A stretch of DNA of 64,000 nucleotides from Sphyrna mokarran (lineage: Eukaryota): NCBI GenBank assembly GCA_024679065.1, contig JAGIQG010000004.1:111166001-111230000 (forward strand). Direction: 5' to 3'. The translations under genes were made by a program, and so were the position numbers. This document shows positions 12,166 through 24,751 of the stretch, in pieces. A model generated the notes under the pieces. That model made no database searches, was not told where the DNA came from, and saw only the letters and a list, made by a program, of their open reading frames with translations. The stretch's first letter is position 1. Each line of letters begins with the position of its first letter.

Positions 12166-13964
12166 TCTTCCTGTATAACACTAGGTTTTGAACAATAAAA
12201 GCCTATCATTCAAATGGATCATTTTATTGCTGTCAGCAGGAACTAGATGTATACACTTTACACTTGGGCCAATAAAGTATAAACTCAACCAGCAACAAGT
12301 CACCTCTCACCTATCCATGAAAGGCTTCCTGATATCATCTTTAAAATCTTAGAATCCCCACTAAAGTGCAGCAATTGAAAATAATTAATTGCATCTACTG
12401 TTGACACTGTGGCAATATTGTTGAATGATAACTAGTCTCTGAGAATACTATATGCATAAGCATTCTACTTCTTTGTTCAACTCAAAATAATTCAATGTGA
12501 TGGAAATATTAATCTGAAATGATCCCCTTTCATGCTGGATGTTCAACTAAGCCAAAATATCATTCTAATTATGGTGGTTTAATTAGTGAAGTGATATGAG
12601 ATGGTTCAGGAGGGTAAAATACTGAAATAGTCATCTGTCCCCAAATGTATGCTATCATTTCCCTTAAGTCTGTGGGAAGCTTGGTCAACATCACAAGATT
12701 GCTGTTTGGCTGTAATTGGCAGAATTGCCAGTTACTGAACATCTGCACATATTTATTGAAGAATGATTGTAAAGCCCAAAATAATAAACCACTCATCTAA
12801 AAAGCATATGGTTGGCAACCTTCCATTGTTTTGAAGTTAATACTGATGTACATGTTGTCTTCTATTTATGATTATAATTTATCAGCAAAGTGTCGAAGAA
12901 CATTTGGGGATTTCAGTCAGTGAATTGTGGCCTGTCAATAAAATGAAATATGTCAAATGACATCAACTTTGTTCTCAAGAATGATTCTTCAATTTATTTC
13001 ATAGGATTGAAGTTCCGACCTTGAAATATCTAAGTAGATACATTGTTTCAACAGCTGCTTCATGCTTTGAGGAATGTAGTAAGGTTTTTGGAGCTCGTGG
13101 GCATATTTTATATATGACTCTACAGATGGATTCTATAAACTTCAGACAAAGTTAGTTAGTCTGCAGTGTGTACTGCAAACCATTTTATCATCAACTGAAC
13201 AATATTAAACAAAAAGAGACTGAAAATACCGTTGTACATCAAACTCATTAGGTCCCCTGAAGTGCTCTGGTGTTCCTCAATGAACATTGTATATAATATA
13301 TGTAAACACAAGTCTTTACGCATGAATCAGCCAGTCTCTAAAATGTGAGGGGGTTTGATTTAGCACAGCAGAATTGTAGATTCAGTAGACAAATTGAGAT
13401 GAAGGCAATTATCTGAATAATTGCCTTTAATAGTCTATTTTACTTTATTGTGACTATTGTGAAGAATCATTCTAGATTGTAAGAGATGTGATGAATGTTT
13501 ACAGACATATCAAGGAAAGGGATTCAAAAGCATAATAAAGAAAGAATTTTTCTTGAATGGTGGAGGAATGGATATATGTATGTGGATTGTTGCCAATTGA
13601 TTTTACTTCACTTCAACATAGATGTGGTCATCTTCAGAGGGAGAAATTGGTATCACAAGGAATTGTTGTCATGCAGGAAGAGGTTTTAATTAGTCAGTTC
13701 TGACATACTGTTGAAAGCACTGAGCATTATTTTTAATGATCATGTTACAAAGCATCATGCCTACTTCAAAGAAGAAAAACAACATGTTAGTGACATGATT
13801 TACGGCATTCTACAAATAGCATTGACTCATCCCAAACATTTCCTAACAAATTAGTCATTTAGCTTTTAATGTGCATTCACTCCCATCAACCATTAGTGGC
13901 CATTCACCTTTCTGGTTCAGTGCCTCTTGCCTTGTCACATTTCAACCCAGCTCAAAAACTCTAG

Positions 13965-14845
13965 TAACCCGAAGTACCATGTTAAGGTTTGGACGTATCT
14001 CCAAGAGGATAGATTGATCTTGAAAGAGACATGGTGCAAATTATCACAGAGTAATGCTGGGATTAAAAATGTGAAGTTAGATTAGGTTGCCTAGACTAGT
14101 CTATTCTCTTGAGCATAAAAGAATGAGGGGTAATAGAATTGAGGTGATTTAGTGATTTGATAGGTTAGATAAAGAGAAATTATTGCCTTTGGTGGGTGAG
14201 TCCAGAACAAAGGACAACACATTAAAATTAGAGCTAGACTATTAAGGGGTAATGTCAGGAAGCCTTTCATCACAACAAGGATTGTGGAAATATGTACTTT
14301 GCCCAAAATCTCTCAAAGCAAGGCCAGTTGAAAAGTTCAAAGCTGAGATTCATTGGCTTTTGTTTTTAAGGAATATGGACTCAGGATGAGTAAATAAAAA
14401 CAAAGAAAACTATGGCACAGGAACAGACCCTTCAGCCCTCTAAGCCTGCACTGACCATGCTACCAAATGAACTAAAACCCCTACCCTTCTGGAGACCATA
14501 TCCTCTATTCCCATCCCATTCGTGTATTTGTCAAGATGCCCCTTAAAACTCACTACCATATCTGCTTCCACTACCTCCCCTAGCAATGAGTTCCAGGCAC
14601 CCATCATCCTCTATGTAAAAGACTAGCCTTGTACATCTCCTTTAAACCTTGCCCCTCACACCTTACTCCCCCTTGTCAATGACTCTTCCAAGCTGGGAAA
14701 AAGCTTCTGACTATCCATTCTGTCCATGCCCCTCACAATCTTGTAGACCCTATCAGTTCACCCTCTCAACCTCTGTCATCTTGGAGTTAAGATGGAATCA
14801 TTCAGAATCTAACTGAATAGTGGAATAGACTCAAGGTGGTAAATG
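13965..14845. mobile_element. Nested CR1 fragments: an old + strand 3' end interrupted by a younger - strand CR1 3' end (14397-14778)
   Basis: The + strand shows RTKDNTLKL-like CR1 C-terminal similarity and a tail AAATGGTCTACTCCTGTGCC. The insert begins with the reverse-complemented CR1 tail ACAAAGAAAAC…GCACAGGAACAGACCCTTCAGCCC. Confidence 0.7.
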
Positions 14846-15149
14846 GTCTACTCCTGTGCCTAAAGCCTATCCCTTTGACTGTCCTTCTAGCCACTTTCCT
14901 CAAGTCCTTTCCTACTTCTGCTATATGTCTGGTCTCCCCAGTGAAAGTGATTTGGACAGTTTTTTATGTTAAAGATGCTATTTAAGTTTTTTTTATCAGT
15001 ATGGTTGGAAAAACAGTTATAGTTTGATAGTTCAAGATCAATAATTCATTCAATGCCACTAGGAATAGATGTTTCAGGGATGGGCAATGATCTGACTTGG
15101 ATGGCCACAGCCACACTTTTAAGCTGTTCCTCATGTTCCACTTGTGAAA

Positions 15150-15715
15150 CAAAGGGCTACATCTTCCCTGGCTTATCCTTGTGCAATTGAGGAGTTTCCT
15201 CATTTTCTGTGACAGGGTGAGACCTGGGACTTCACTATTCAAATCAGTTATCAGGTTGTGGTTGCCGATGTTTGATAACAATCAAAAGCTGTGCCATTGA
15301 GAGGTAGGCAATCATCAGTTAGTAAGGTGTGAAGAGTGTTCCAGTCAGAGATTTCAGATGGTTGTCGGGGTTTTGTTTGAGGTCCTTGTCAATGGATGTG
15401 CTTCATTAACTGACAGTTGCTGTTGTTTTTTGAGGAATATATTTTCTCTGTGGACATCAGGGGGCTGTTTAACTTCTCAAACTGGCAGTCACCAAAGTTG
15501 CTCCCCTAGGGGCTTTGAAAAAACCTTGACTCCCTTCTGGACCCCAGAAAGTAAACTGTCCCAGAGAAAAATGGTGAAAACTAAGACCCCAATGCGGCAA
15601 CAGAACTTGAGAACCTTGACGAAGGGCACCTCATAAGATGGTGGGAAACAGTGCAGAAGATTGACTTCATGCACTCAAGTTGAAGGGTGTTGAACATTTG
15701 AGGGGGAAAACAGAT
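15150..15715 (+). mobile_element. Decayed Vingi/Ingi-clade non-LTR retrotransposon fragment (endonuclease-RT linker)
   Basis: Frameshifted translation gives PRGFEKTLTPFWTPESKL and ELENLDEGHLIRWWETVQKIDFMHSS. These resemble the IPRGxRKxYIPCW and WxETVExxDFTHSSRKAW motifs of Ingi/Vingi ORFs. Confidence 0.6.
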
Positions 15716-16024
15716 CTTTTAATAAGCTATTCTTCAATATGGGTTGGAAAGTTTTGTTGCTTCAGATAAATAAACGTGTTCCATTGTGCTGGTAAAGGTA
15801 AATACTACATATTATTAAGTACTATTGAACTGTTGTAATCATGAAAAATATGCACCAAAACATTACTTCTAAAAATAAGTGAGTCATAGTTCTTAAACTT
15901 GGACAGGGACATTTCCTGATCAAATTCTGTGAATTCCTGTTTCCTGTCAAAATTTATTGCTGATTGTGGCTTGATGAAGTTATCTCAAATAACCTTTAAA
16001 TATGAAATTTACTGAAATACTGCT

Positions 16025-16845
16025 GCTACTAGAGCAGATTAGAGGCTGGGTATTCTGCACTGAGTAACTCCTGTCTTGACTCCCAAGAGCCCGTCCACCA
16101 TCTACAAGGCTCAAGTTAGGAGAGTGATGATATATTCGTCATTTAGCTGGATGTTCCAGAAACGCTCATGATATTTGAGACTATTCAAGACAAAAGAGCT
16201 ACCCAAATGGAAACATTTACTCTAACATTGTTATGTGATGGCCACATGATTCATGACAGCAAATAGCCAAGGTTCACTAACAGCATGCCCTGGACATACA
16301 GTCTCTACCAATTAGAAAGCTAAAGCACTAGATGCATGGGAACACTGCAAATTCCTCTCCAAGTCACACAATATCCTAACTGTGAAATATATCACCATTC
16401 CTTCTCTGTCTGTTGGTCAAAATCCTGGAAATCACTACTTAATAGCGCTGTGGATAGAATTCCTCCTGTGCAGAAGGAAGCCATTTGGCTCATTGAGCAT
16501 ACATTGGCAACAATTGCACCCAGGCTCGATCCCCATAACCCCACATATTTACTCTGCTAATCCTCTGATACTAATGGACAATTTAGCATGGCCAATCAAC
16601 TTCTTAACCTGTCCCCTAGGAGGAAACCGGAGCACCCAGAGGAAAGCTATGCAAATACGGAGAGAGCATTCAAACTCCACACAAACAGTCACCGAGGCTG
16701 GAATTGAACCCAAATCCTGGGTCACAGCAGTGCTAATGGTTCAAGCTGCAATGGTTCAATAAAGCATATCACCATCATCCTTTCAAAAGCAATTAGGAAT
16801 AAGCAATAAATGCCTTGTTAGAGATGCCAACATCCATGAATGTAT
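16025..16845 (+). mobile_element. Old CR1-group LINE 3' end, interrupted by an HE1 SINE (about 16450-16740, -)
   Basis: CCACCATCTACAAGGCTCAAGTTAGG RT C-terminus and family tail CAAAAGCAATTAGGAATAAGCAATAAATGC. The SINE core is in reverse orientation in the middle. Confidence 0.75.
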
Positions 16846-18224
16846 TAAATTTAAAAAATAAAGAAGTAAATGAATAAAAGCATTGGACAGTTCTAATCGT
16901 TCTGCACTCAGTCAGAGTCCTGGATGTACGTGTTTGCAATTTTGAATCTCATAGTAACTCAAATTTTGAATGTATGGCTCTAATTGCAATTTTACAAGAT
17001 TAAACAAGATTAAATAGACATGGTTTATTTTGAAAATTAAGCCATTTGAAATAAGTTGTATATTTCTGCCATATTTTGTTGTTTGTAAATTTCTGTATCT
17101 ATCCCATTCCTTGCCTCAGCACTGGCACAAGTTTGGCTTCAAAATGTAATGCAGATAGTTTGAAGTTCAGTGCTACACTGTTGTCAGAAAATAATTTTTC
17201 CCAATGCACAAGGTCAGAGTTTCAGAATCATTCCAATTTATGAAAATATCATTTTACTTACCTGTTATAATCAAAGTTTTGGAAGGTGAGAGAGAACATT
17301 AGGAATGTGGTTTGTGTATTTATGCTGCTGACCTCTACTCATTATCCTGGCTCTGCTATTGGCAGCAGTTAACCCCATGTATTACACACAAATTGTATAG
17401 ACACAACTCTTTGGACTGAAATCCATTGGAATATCTAAACATATTTTGCTTAACAAGACTAGCCATCAAAGCAGAAAACTTGCAACCCATCTCAGAAACG
17501 AAAGGACACATCCTCATTTTCTAACTGCTATACAGCATTACTCTGAGATGACTATATGGTGCATTTTTTTTCCATATTTAGGCTTCAGAAAGCACAATTC
17601 AAGAACAAAACGCAAGCATCAGTCCCCAGTTCCTCCAAGTGTGGAAAATATCATTGTCATATGATGCTGAATTAAGTGGGCTGGTTGATTACTGACAAGT
17701 TTCAACCAAAGATTCCAGAGATTCAAGCATTGGTTGCGAGTCAAATGATCAACCACTTCAGCCAACAAACCACATCTTCCTTTCTTTGGTTCGAGAAAGA
17801 AACACTATGATACAGGGTAATTTTGATGGGGGTGAGTTGGCTAAAGGGCAGCAGTTAAACTCTGCAAAAACCCTTCTTGTGCTTTACATCGCAAAGGGTT
17901 CTTGAAAATCAATACTTTTTATGATATTGGATGCATGTAATGAAATATTGCTTCAAGAGACAATGATTTAATGAGGAAATTGAAACTGTTCTACATTACT
18001 GCTGGTAAACCTGAACAACCTTTTAATAAACTATTAGTCACTATAACATCTCACAGTCTACTATTTTTAGAGATGAACGTTTCCATTAACGTCCTCATTC
18101 TTCAAACCAGGAGCTTTGTAACATTGATGTTCTGCGGTTTGATCAAAGTCTATTTTTACTTTGATTTATCAACCGGAAGGTGAGTTTAATGAGAAAAAAA
18201 TTTTTATCTCAGAACAATTAACCT

Positions 18225-18958
18225 AGCCAACTCCCACTCTATCAGCTTCCTTCCAATCATCAGTAAAGTGATGAAATGAGTCATCAAGTAATATCATCAA
18301 GTGACACCTACTCACCAACGAATTGCTCATTGACATTCAGTTTTGGTTGTGTCTGAACACACAGCTTCAGACTTCATCGCAGCTTTGATGAGAACAGGAA
18401 TGCAAAGATCAAATATCCAAGCTGATGTGACAACAGCTGCCCTTGACATCAAGACAAATCAAGTCTGGGTCTACCAAAGCTCTACCAAAGCTGAAGTCAA
18501 TGGGAATCCATGGAAAACCCTCCACAGTTTGGAGACATCCCTGGCATAAAGAATGTTGGTTATGGTTCTCGCAGGCCAATCATTTTTGCAGGAGCTTTGT
18601 TCAACAATCTAGTGGTATTGCCCATTTCATAAGGTTAAAGTTGGACCTATCTGCTGGCCACCCACAGTGTTCAACTTCATTCACAATTCCTCCACTGACA
18701 AAGCTATGAATGCCAGCCTATAGCAGGTCGGACCAAGCCAACATTCAAGGTTGAGTTGATACGTGGTCAATAATATTTGCACTGCATAAGTGCCAAACAA
18801 TGGGCACCTTGGTCAAATGAAAGTCCAGCAGACACATCTTTCTAGTACCACAATCATTTCATCTTTCATCATGAACATTTTGGGGTTATCACTGACCAGA
18901 GGTTTAATTGTACTAATCAAATCTAGACATAGAAATGAGGCTGGGCAATGTCTGTTCA
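18225..18958 (+). mobile_element. Old CR1-group LINE RT fragment, truncated by an inverted duplication
   Basis: Similarity to the YRPISLLxIISKVME and TALDIK RT regions. It stops abruptly at 18958. Confidence 0.7.
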
Positions 18959-20853
18959 GTGTCATCAGCAAACTTGAAAATCAAGATGGTGGGGAATTTG
19001 GCCACACAGTCATAGGCATATAAGAAGTATAGAAGGGGGCTGAGATCATCAATTACACTGCCCTCATCTATACAACTGTTACCTCCTTGAAAATCTTGAC
19101 ACGTTTGTTTGATATAAAGATGTTTGCAAATGTGGGGAGTTCCAGTCAATTCAAACTGTATTTCTATTGTGCTTAGAGATAGTGAAAATGTGAAAAATAA
19201 ACACATTTGGAAAAGTAAAAATGGTTGCTAAATAACCAGGGGCACTTTTCTGATTATTTTTTTTAAAGTAATTCATAGCATTTGGTTACAGAAATCTCCT
19301 TCTTAGCTTTACAAGAAGGACAATGATGCCAAGGGGTAATAGTTAAGAACTCAAGAGCAGAAATCGAAAGTGCAACTAGTAAATGAAATGAGAAAAATAA
19401 AGAGAAATTTCCAAGAATTCTGAGTAGAATTGAAAGAGTAGAGGAAGCAGGGTCTAGAATAGGATACTGTTCAGTAGAGGCATTTGGGTAGTCATTGCTG
19501 ACAACCCAAACCTATAAGTCTATTAACAAGGCTGAAGTCAAGATTTTGATAGAGTACCAAACATTTGTTTTGATCCCTATATCAGTGTTACAATCTCAGT
19601 TACTGCTGCACAGAAAGTTCACAGAATGGAACTCTGGCTCAGAAGATTGTCATGTTTTACTATTTTACAAAAATGTGGAGGAAAATTACAGGGCTGTTAA
19701 TTAGTTTTTAAACAACAAAAAAACACAAAGCATGGGATTTTCTGGCCACGCTTGCCCCAAAGCCGGAAAATCCCTTGCATGATCAAGAGATCTTTGCATG
19801 GTCCACTTTCTATGATTCCTGTGGTTGGCAGGACGGGAAAATACTCCCCCAAAATGTTTGATTATAATACAATACTCCTTTAATACCCCCGCTTAGCTTC
19901 ACAAATATATACTGTTTTCAAAAATAACACCCCATTTGGAAACCAAATGGCTGATGCCACTTAACCAATTTTCCATGGATTTCTGTCAAATTCCTCACAG
20001 ATGATTGTCATATAAGTGCTTCCAAACTCCATTCCCAAAAAAACACACTTTAAACTCTTCTTTCAAACAATGTTTTAATCAGCTGTTTTCATCAAGAATC
20101 TCACTTCAGGTTTTCCAACTGTCTTTTCAGGTAAAGCTTCTGGTCCATTGTTTTAACAATGAATCCAGACCCAGGTTTTCCACCTTTCCTTTCAGTCGTC
20201 CTTTGTCTTAAATGCTTTTGCACAAACTCCAGCCACCAATTTCCATAATAATTTAAAATAATATTTCACAAACTGTAGGAAGATATCATAAAACTTATAA
20301 TTATTTCAGGTATTTTTCTGGCCTCTCATGATCAATTCCTTTTCAGCTGCCTACCTCTACTGAACAGTATCCTATTCTAGACCCTGCTTCCTCTACTCTT
20401 TCAACTTCAAAATTCTTGGAAACTTCTCTTTATTTTTCTCATTTCATTAACTAGTTGCACTTTCGATTTCTGCTCTTGAGTTCTTAACCATTACCCCTTG
20501 GCATCATTGTCCTTCTAGCAAAGCTGAGAAAGAGATTTCTGTAACCAAATGCTATAAATTACTTTTAAAAAAATAATCAGAAAAGTGCCCCTGGTTATTT
20601 TTACTTTTCCAAATGTGTTTATTTTTCACAATCTCTAAGCACAATAGAAATATAGTTTGAATTGACTGGAACTCCCCACATTTGTAAACATCTTTATATC
20701 AAACAAACGTGTCAAGATTTTCAAGGAGGTAACCAGTTGTATAGATGAGGGCAGTGTAATTGACGACCTCAGCTCCCTTCTATACTTCTTATATGCCTAT
20801 GACTGTGTGGCCAAATTCCCCACCAACTTGATTTTCAAGTTTGCTGATGACAC
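18959..20853. repeat. Long inverted repeat: arms 18959-19480 and 20354-20853, 873-bp spacer
   Basis: The arms are reverse complements at roughly 93-95% identity by eye with a few short indels, e.g. GTGTCATCAGCAAACTTGAAAATCAAG / CTTGATTTTCAAGTTTGCTGATGACAC. Confidence 0.95.
19733..19850. mobile_element. MITE (same family as 5215-5342)
   Basis: TGGGATTTTCTGGCC…GGGAAAATACTCCCCC. Confidence 0.65.
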
Positions 20854-21676
20854 CACCGTAGTGGATCGGATCTCAAAGAATGATAAGACAGAGTACAGGA
20901 ATGAGACAGAGAATCTGGTGAACTGGTGCAGAAACAATAATCTCTCCCTCAATGTCAACAAGACAAAGAAGATCATCATCATCTTCAGGAAGTCTGGAGG
21001 AGAACATGCTCCTGTCTACATCAATGGGAATGAAATAGAAAGGGTCAAGTGTTTCAAGTTTTTAGTGTCAGATCACCAACAACCTGTCCTGCTTCTTTCT
21101 AACACTATAGTTAAGAAAACCCACCAACGCCTCTACTTTCTGAGAAGATTAAGGAAATTTGGAATGTCAGTTACGACTCTCACCAACTTTTAAAGATGCA
21201 CCATAGAAAGCATTCTTTCTGGCTATATCACAGCTTAGTATGATCCCTGCTCTACCCAAGACTGCAAGAAATTACGAAAGATCATGATTGTAGCCCAATC
21301 CCATGCAAACTCACCTCACATCCATTTACTTTGTCTATGCTTCCCAGTGCCTCAGCAAAGCAGCCAATATAATTAAGGACCCCACACAGCCCAAACATTT
21401 TCTCTTCCAGCTTCTTCCATCAAGGAACAGATACAAAAGTTTGAGGTTATGTACCAACCAACTCAAGAACAGCTTTTTCCCTGCTGCTGTCAGACTTTTG
21501 AATAGACCTTTAAGTTGATCTTTCGCTACACCCTAGCTATGACTGTAACACTACTTCTGCACTCTCGTTTCCTTCTCCATGAACAGTATGATCTGTCTGA
21601 AGAGCATGCAAGAAACAATGCCTTTCACTGTATGCTAAATGCATCTGAAAATAATAAATCAAATCAAATCAAATAA
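20765..21676 (+). mobile_element. Rex1/Babar-clade LINE, 5'-truncated
   Basis: ORFs contain IFKFADDTTVV…LVNWCRNNNLSLNVNKTK…QRLYFLRRLRKFG and NSFFPAAVRLLN. The tail is CTTTCACTG…AATAATAAATCAAATCAAATCAAAT. Confidence 0.9.
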
Positions 21677-21824
21677 ACAGGGCAAAATAGAAGCTTCTTC
21701 TTTAGAAGTATTTGATCCATTGTTCACAGAGCTGGAACACTCAATTTCAATGTGCAAAATACAAGATATTGGGAACAGGTACTGGGTGGAGGCATGTGAG
21801 AAGAGTGTTAAAAATGTTCAGTTC

Positions 21825-21925
21825 GAAAACTGTACATGCTGGCAATCTGAAATAAAAACAGAAATTTTTTGGGAATACTCAGCAGATCTGGATTCATCTG
21901 TGGAGATAGAAACAGACTTAATGTA
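21825..21925 (-). mobile_element. Penelope pLTR fragment
   Basis: ATGCTGGCAATCTGAAATAAAAACAGAAA…CTCAGCAGATCTGG…ATCTGTGGAGA matches the pLTR seen at 40184-40305 and 41000-41088. Confidence 0.6.
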
Positions 21926-22021
21926 AGTAGAACATTGTTGCAGTTGTTGCAGAAACCAGAAACAACAAATGTAAAAAGATAACACCAATATTACCTCAAT
22001 GCATTATTTTTGAGGCCCATT

Positions 22022-22745
22022 GTATTTGGAGGTACATGTTTCCTGTGATCCATGACCCTTTTAACTCATGCTTCATGGGTCACATGACTGGACAGGAGCC
22101 AATGGGACAGGAACACATGAACCTGGGCCAACGGGAATGAGGATAAGCATTTCTGGGGCTGAAAGACTTTAGAACATAGAACATAGAACATAGAACATTA
22201 CAGCACAGAACAGGCCCTTCGGCCCTCGATGTTGTGCCGACCAAAAAAAAGCAATGCCCCTCCAAACTAAACCATTCCCTTCTCTTCCATATACTTATCA
22301 ATTAACCTCTTAAACGCCACCAAACTTGGCGCATCTACAACAACTGCAGGCAGGGCATTCCACTCCCTAATCACTCTTTGAGTAAAGGACCTACCTCTGA
22401 TATCCGTCCTATAACTCATACCCTTAATTTAAAGCTGTGTCCCCTCGTGCTAGCTTTCTCCATCCTAGGAAAAAGGCTATCACTGTCCACCCTATCTAAA
22501 CCTCTAATCATCTTATATGCTTCAATAAGATCCCCTCTTAGCCGCCTCCTTTCTAACGAAAACAACCTCAAATCCTTCAACCTCTCTTCATAGGACCTGC
22601 CCTCCATACCAGGCAACATCCTGGTAAACCTTTAGTTGGAGTCAAGGTATTGCTAGGAGTAGACCAGTACTGTTGTCTGTTAAACCCTTCATTGTATATA
22701 GTTCTTCTTATTAATAAATCCTTTAGATAGTTATTTGCCACATTA
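22022..22745 (+). mobile_element. Putative solo LTR, split by a young CR1 insertion
   Basis: TG start, GGTCACATGAC/CCAAT promoter-like block, and AATAAA near the end. The sequence rejoins across the CTTTAG duplication. Confidence 0.4.
22173..22631 (-). mobile_element. Young CR1 (HER1-like) LINE, short 5'-truncated copy
   Basis: ORF MLPGMEGRSYEERLKDLRLFSLERRRLRGDLIEAYK, a (TGTTCTA)n tail, and flanking CTTTAG at 22167-22172 and 22630-22635 (possible TSD). Confidence 0.95.
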
Positions 22746-23357
22746 ACTCACCTCAAGTTATGACACCTATTTCCCTTAGCCTCCACCCCAATGCACAGGC
22801 CCTTTACCAACTTTTTTGTGTCGCTGATGCACATGAGACAATTTATTTTTCTGCAGACCTGCAGTGTGTGGAGAGTTTCAGAAAATAGTGCACCCTCAAG
22901 GAATGAATCTTTCCCCAATAGAAGTAACACCTGCTTAAGTCAGCACTGATTCCTTGCCAGTTCTGCAAATGAATTGTGTATATGTAAACATGTGATTGAC
23001 TGAGATGTATTGATTATTGGATAAAGTCCAGCAATAAAGTTGTTGCTACATGACTATGACGAGGGTTGCACCACTTGCTTGTCAATTTTCTCCCCTTTCT
23101 GTTTGCCGCCTCTGATTGTTGCTGGGGTGTAGTTCTGTGCGTGTCGATATTTTGTACAGATGGCCTACTTACGTAAACATTGGTAGTAAATGTCAGGTAG
23201 CATTTCAACAATTAACAGACACAATAGCCAAACTTGACCTACATCGCCAAGTGTAGCTATTGATGTCCTGCCACAATCTGCTAATTCAACACAGATTTGA
23301 AATTTCATCTGTAATTGTCCTGCATTTTTCAATGATTTTGGTCTCGAGATTCTCCCA

Positions 23358-23629
23358 GGGGGATGTGCAGTGGTTAGCCCTGCTGCCTCATTTCACCAGG
23401 ACCTGAGTTCAATTCATGGCTTGGGTTATTGTCTGTGCAGATTCTGCACGTTCTTCTTGTGGCTGTGTGGGTTTCCTCCAGGTTCTTCAAAGATGTGCAT
23501 TGGCCATACTAAATTTTCTCTCAGTATACCTGAACAGGTGCCAGATTGTGGTAACTAGGGGATTTTTACAGTAACTTCATTGCAGTGCTACTGTAAGTCT
23601 ACATGTGATTAATAAAAAGATAAACTTTA
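23358..23629 (+). mobile_element. V-type SINE, type B tail
   Basis: Head, core and TTTTACAGTAACTTCATTGCAGTG…TACATGTGATTAATAAA…TAAACTTTA tail. Confidence 0.85.
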
Positions 23630-23659
23630 GAAACAACTATTCAATGAATCCATTCGATT

Positions 23660-24000
23660 CCCGTAGCATTACAATTTTTTGGTTCTCAATCTAACCTATT
23701 ACCTTTTCAGAGTAACTGTTGGACCCGATTCCACAACCCTTCCAGGCAGCACGTTCTGGATTAAAATAACTTGCTTTGTTAAAAAAAAGCCTTCTCATAG
23801 CTCTCTCTAATTCATTTGCCAATTTATCTCAAATCTGTGTCCCTTAGTTATCAACTCATCTTCCATTAGAAACAGTTCTCTACTAATTTTAAACACCTCT
23901 ATTAAATTTCTCTTTAACCTTCCCTGATTTATAAAGAACAATTCTAGCTCTAGTATTCTCTGTCCAAAACTGGGGTCCCTCATCTCTGATACCATTCTGT
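23660..24000 (-). mobile_element. Old CR1 3' fragment
   Basis: ORF 23807-23995 contains GRLKRNLIEVFKI…TKGHRFEI. Confidence 0.7.
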
Positions 24001-24451
24001 ATACAAGAAATATTCATCAGATAGAAGGGCTAATTTTATTTGCTACATCAACATGTGACTTGTGAAATGACAACAAAAGAGTCGCCGATTATTGTATTTA
24101 CTTACTGGTAATCATTCAAGATAGTGCATGGAGTTAGCTCTGACTAACATATTTATATGTTACTCAGAGTTTATCCTGACTCAAAACATTAGCTTTATTC
24201 TCTCTCCAAAGTTGTCAGCAGACCTGCTGAGATTTTCCAAATGCTGGAATTATTTGAGATTTTTAAGAACTAAGAAAATAATAGTTTCTTTTTGAAACTA
24301 TTTGTGATTTTTGCTTACGTATAATCTTTGCATCATAAACAAAAATACATTGGATCTTAGAGACAAGCAACTTCAATGTCTGTGGCAAAGTCACTGTTAA
24401 ATTAATGGCCAAAATATGAAAAAGAATAATGTTGATTTATCTGACTTGATG

Positions 24452-24751
24452 AGTGGGATTCTCCCGCCACACTCGCCCCGAGACTGGAAAATCCTGCCGA
24501 AATCCTTTCCACAGTCCCTCTCTTGTCCACTATGATTCCTGTGATGGGCAGAATGGGCACATTAACCCCATTAAATTAGACTTTATCAGGTCTGACAAAC
24601 CAGGTCAGTTTGGACTTGAAATGTTGGCCAGAATTTCCTGGCCATTCACATCCTGCCAGCAAGTACAGGGAATTTGATGCTTAGCCAAATCTGCATTCAC
24701 CGCACTGGGACTGGAGAATCCCAGCCACGGTGAGGTCAAAAAATCCAACCC
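24452..24751. mobile_element. Two adjacent MITE copies (24452-24569 and 24626-24751)
   Basis: Termini of the GTGGGATTCTCCC and GGCCAGAATTTCC type, with the shared internal family sequence. Confidence 0.6.

Noticed and set aside
13005-13682. Plus-strand exon-like stretches (IEVPTLKYLSRY…; GHLQREKLVSQG…)
   Set aside because: Weak donors and no recognisable protein similarity, compatible with chance.
19850-20353. Possible Gypsy LTR/gag remnant in the spacer and arms of the inverted repeat
   Set aside because: Only compositional resemblance (E/K-rich on the minus strand), with no diagnostic motif I can support.
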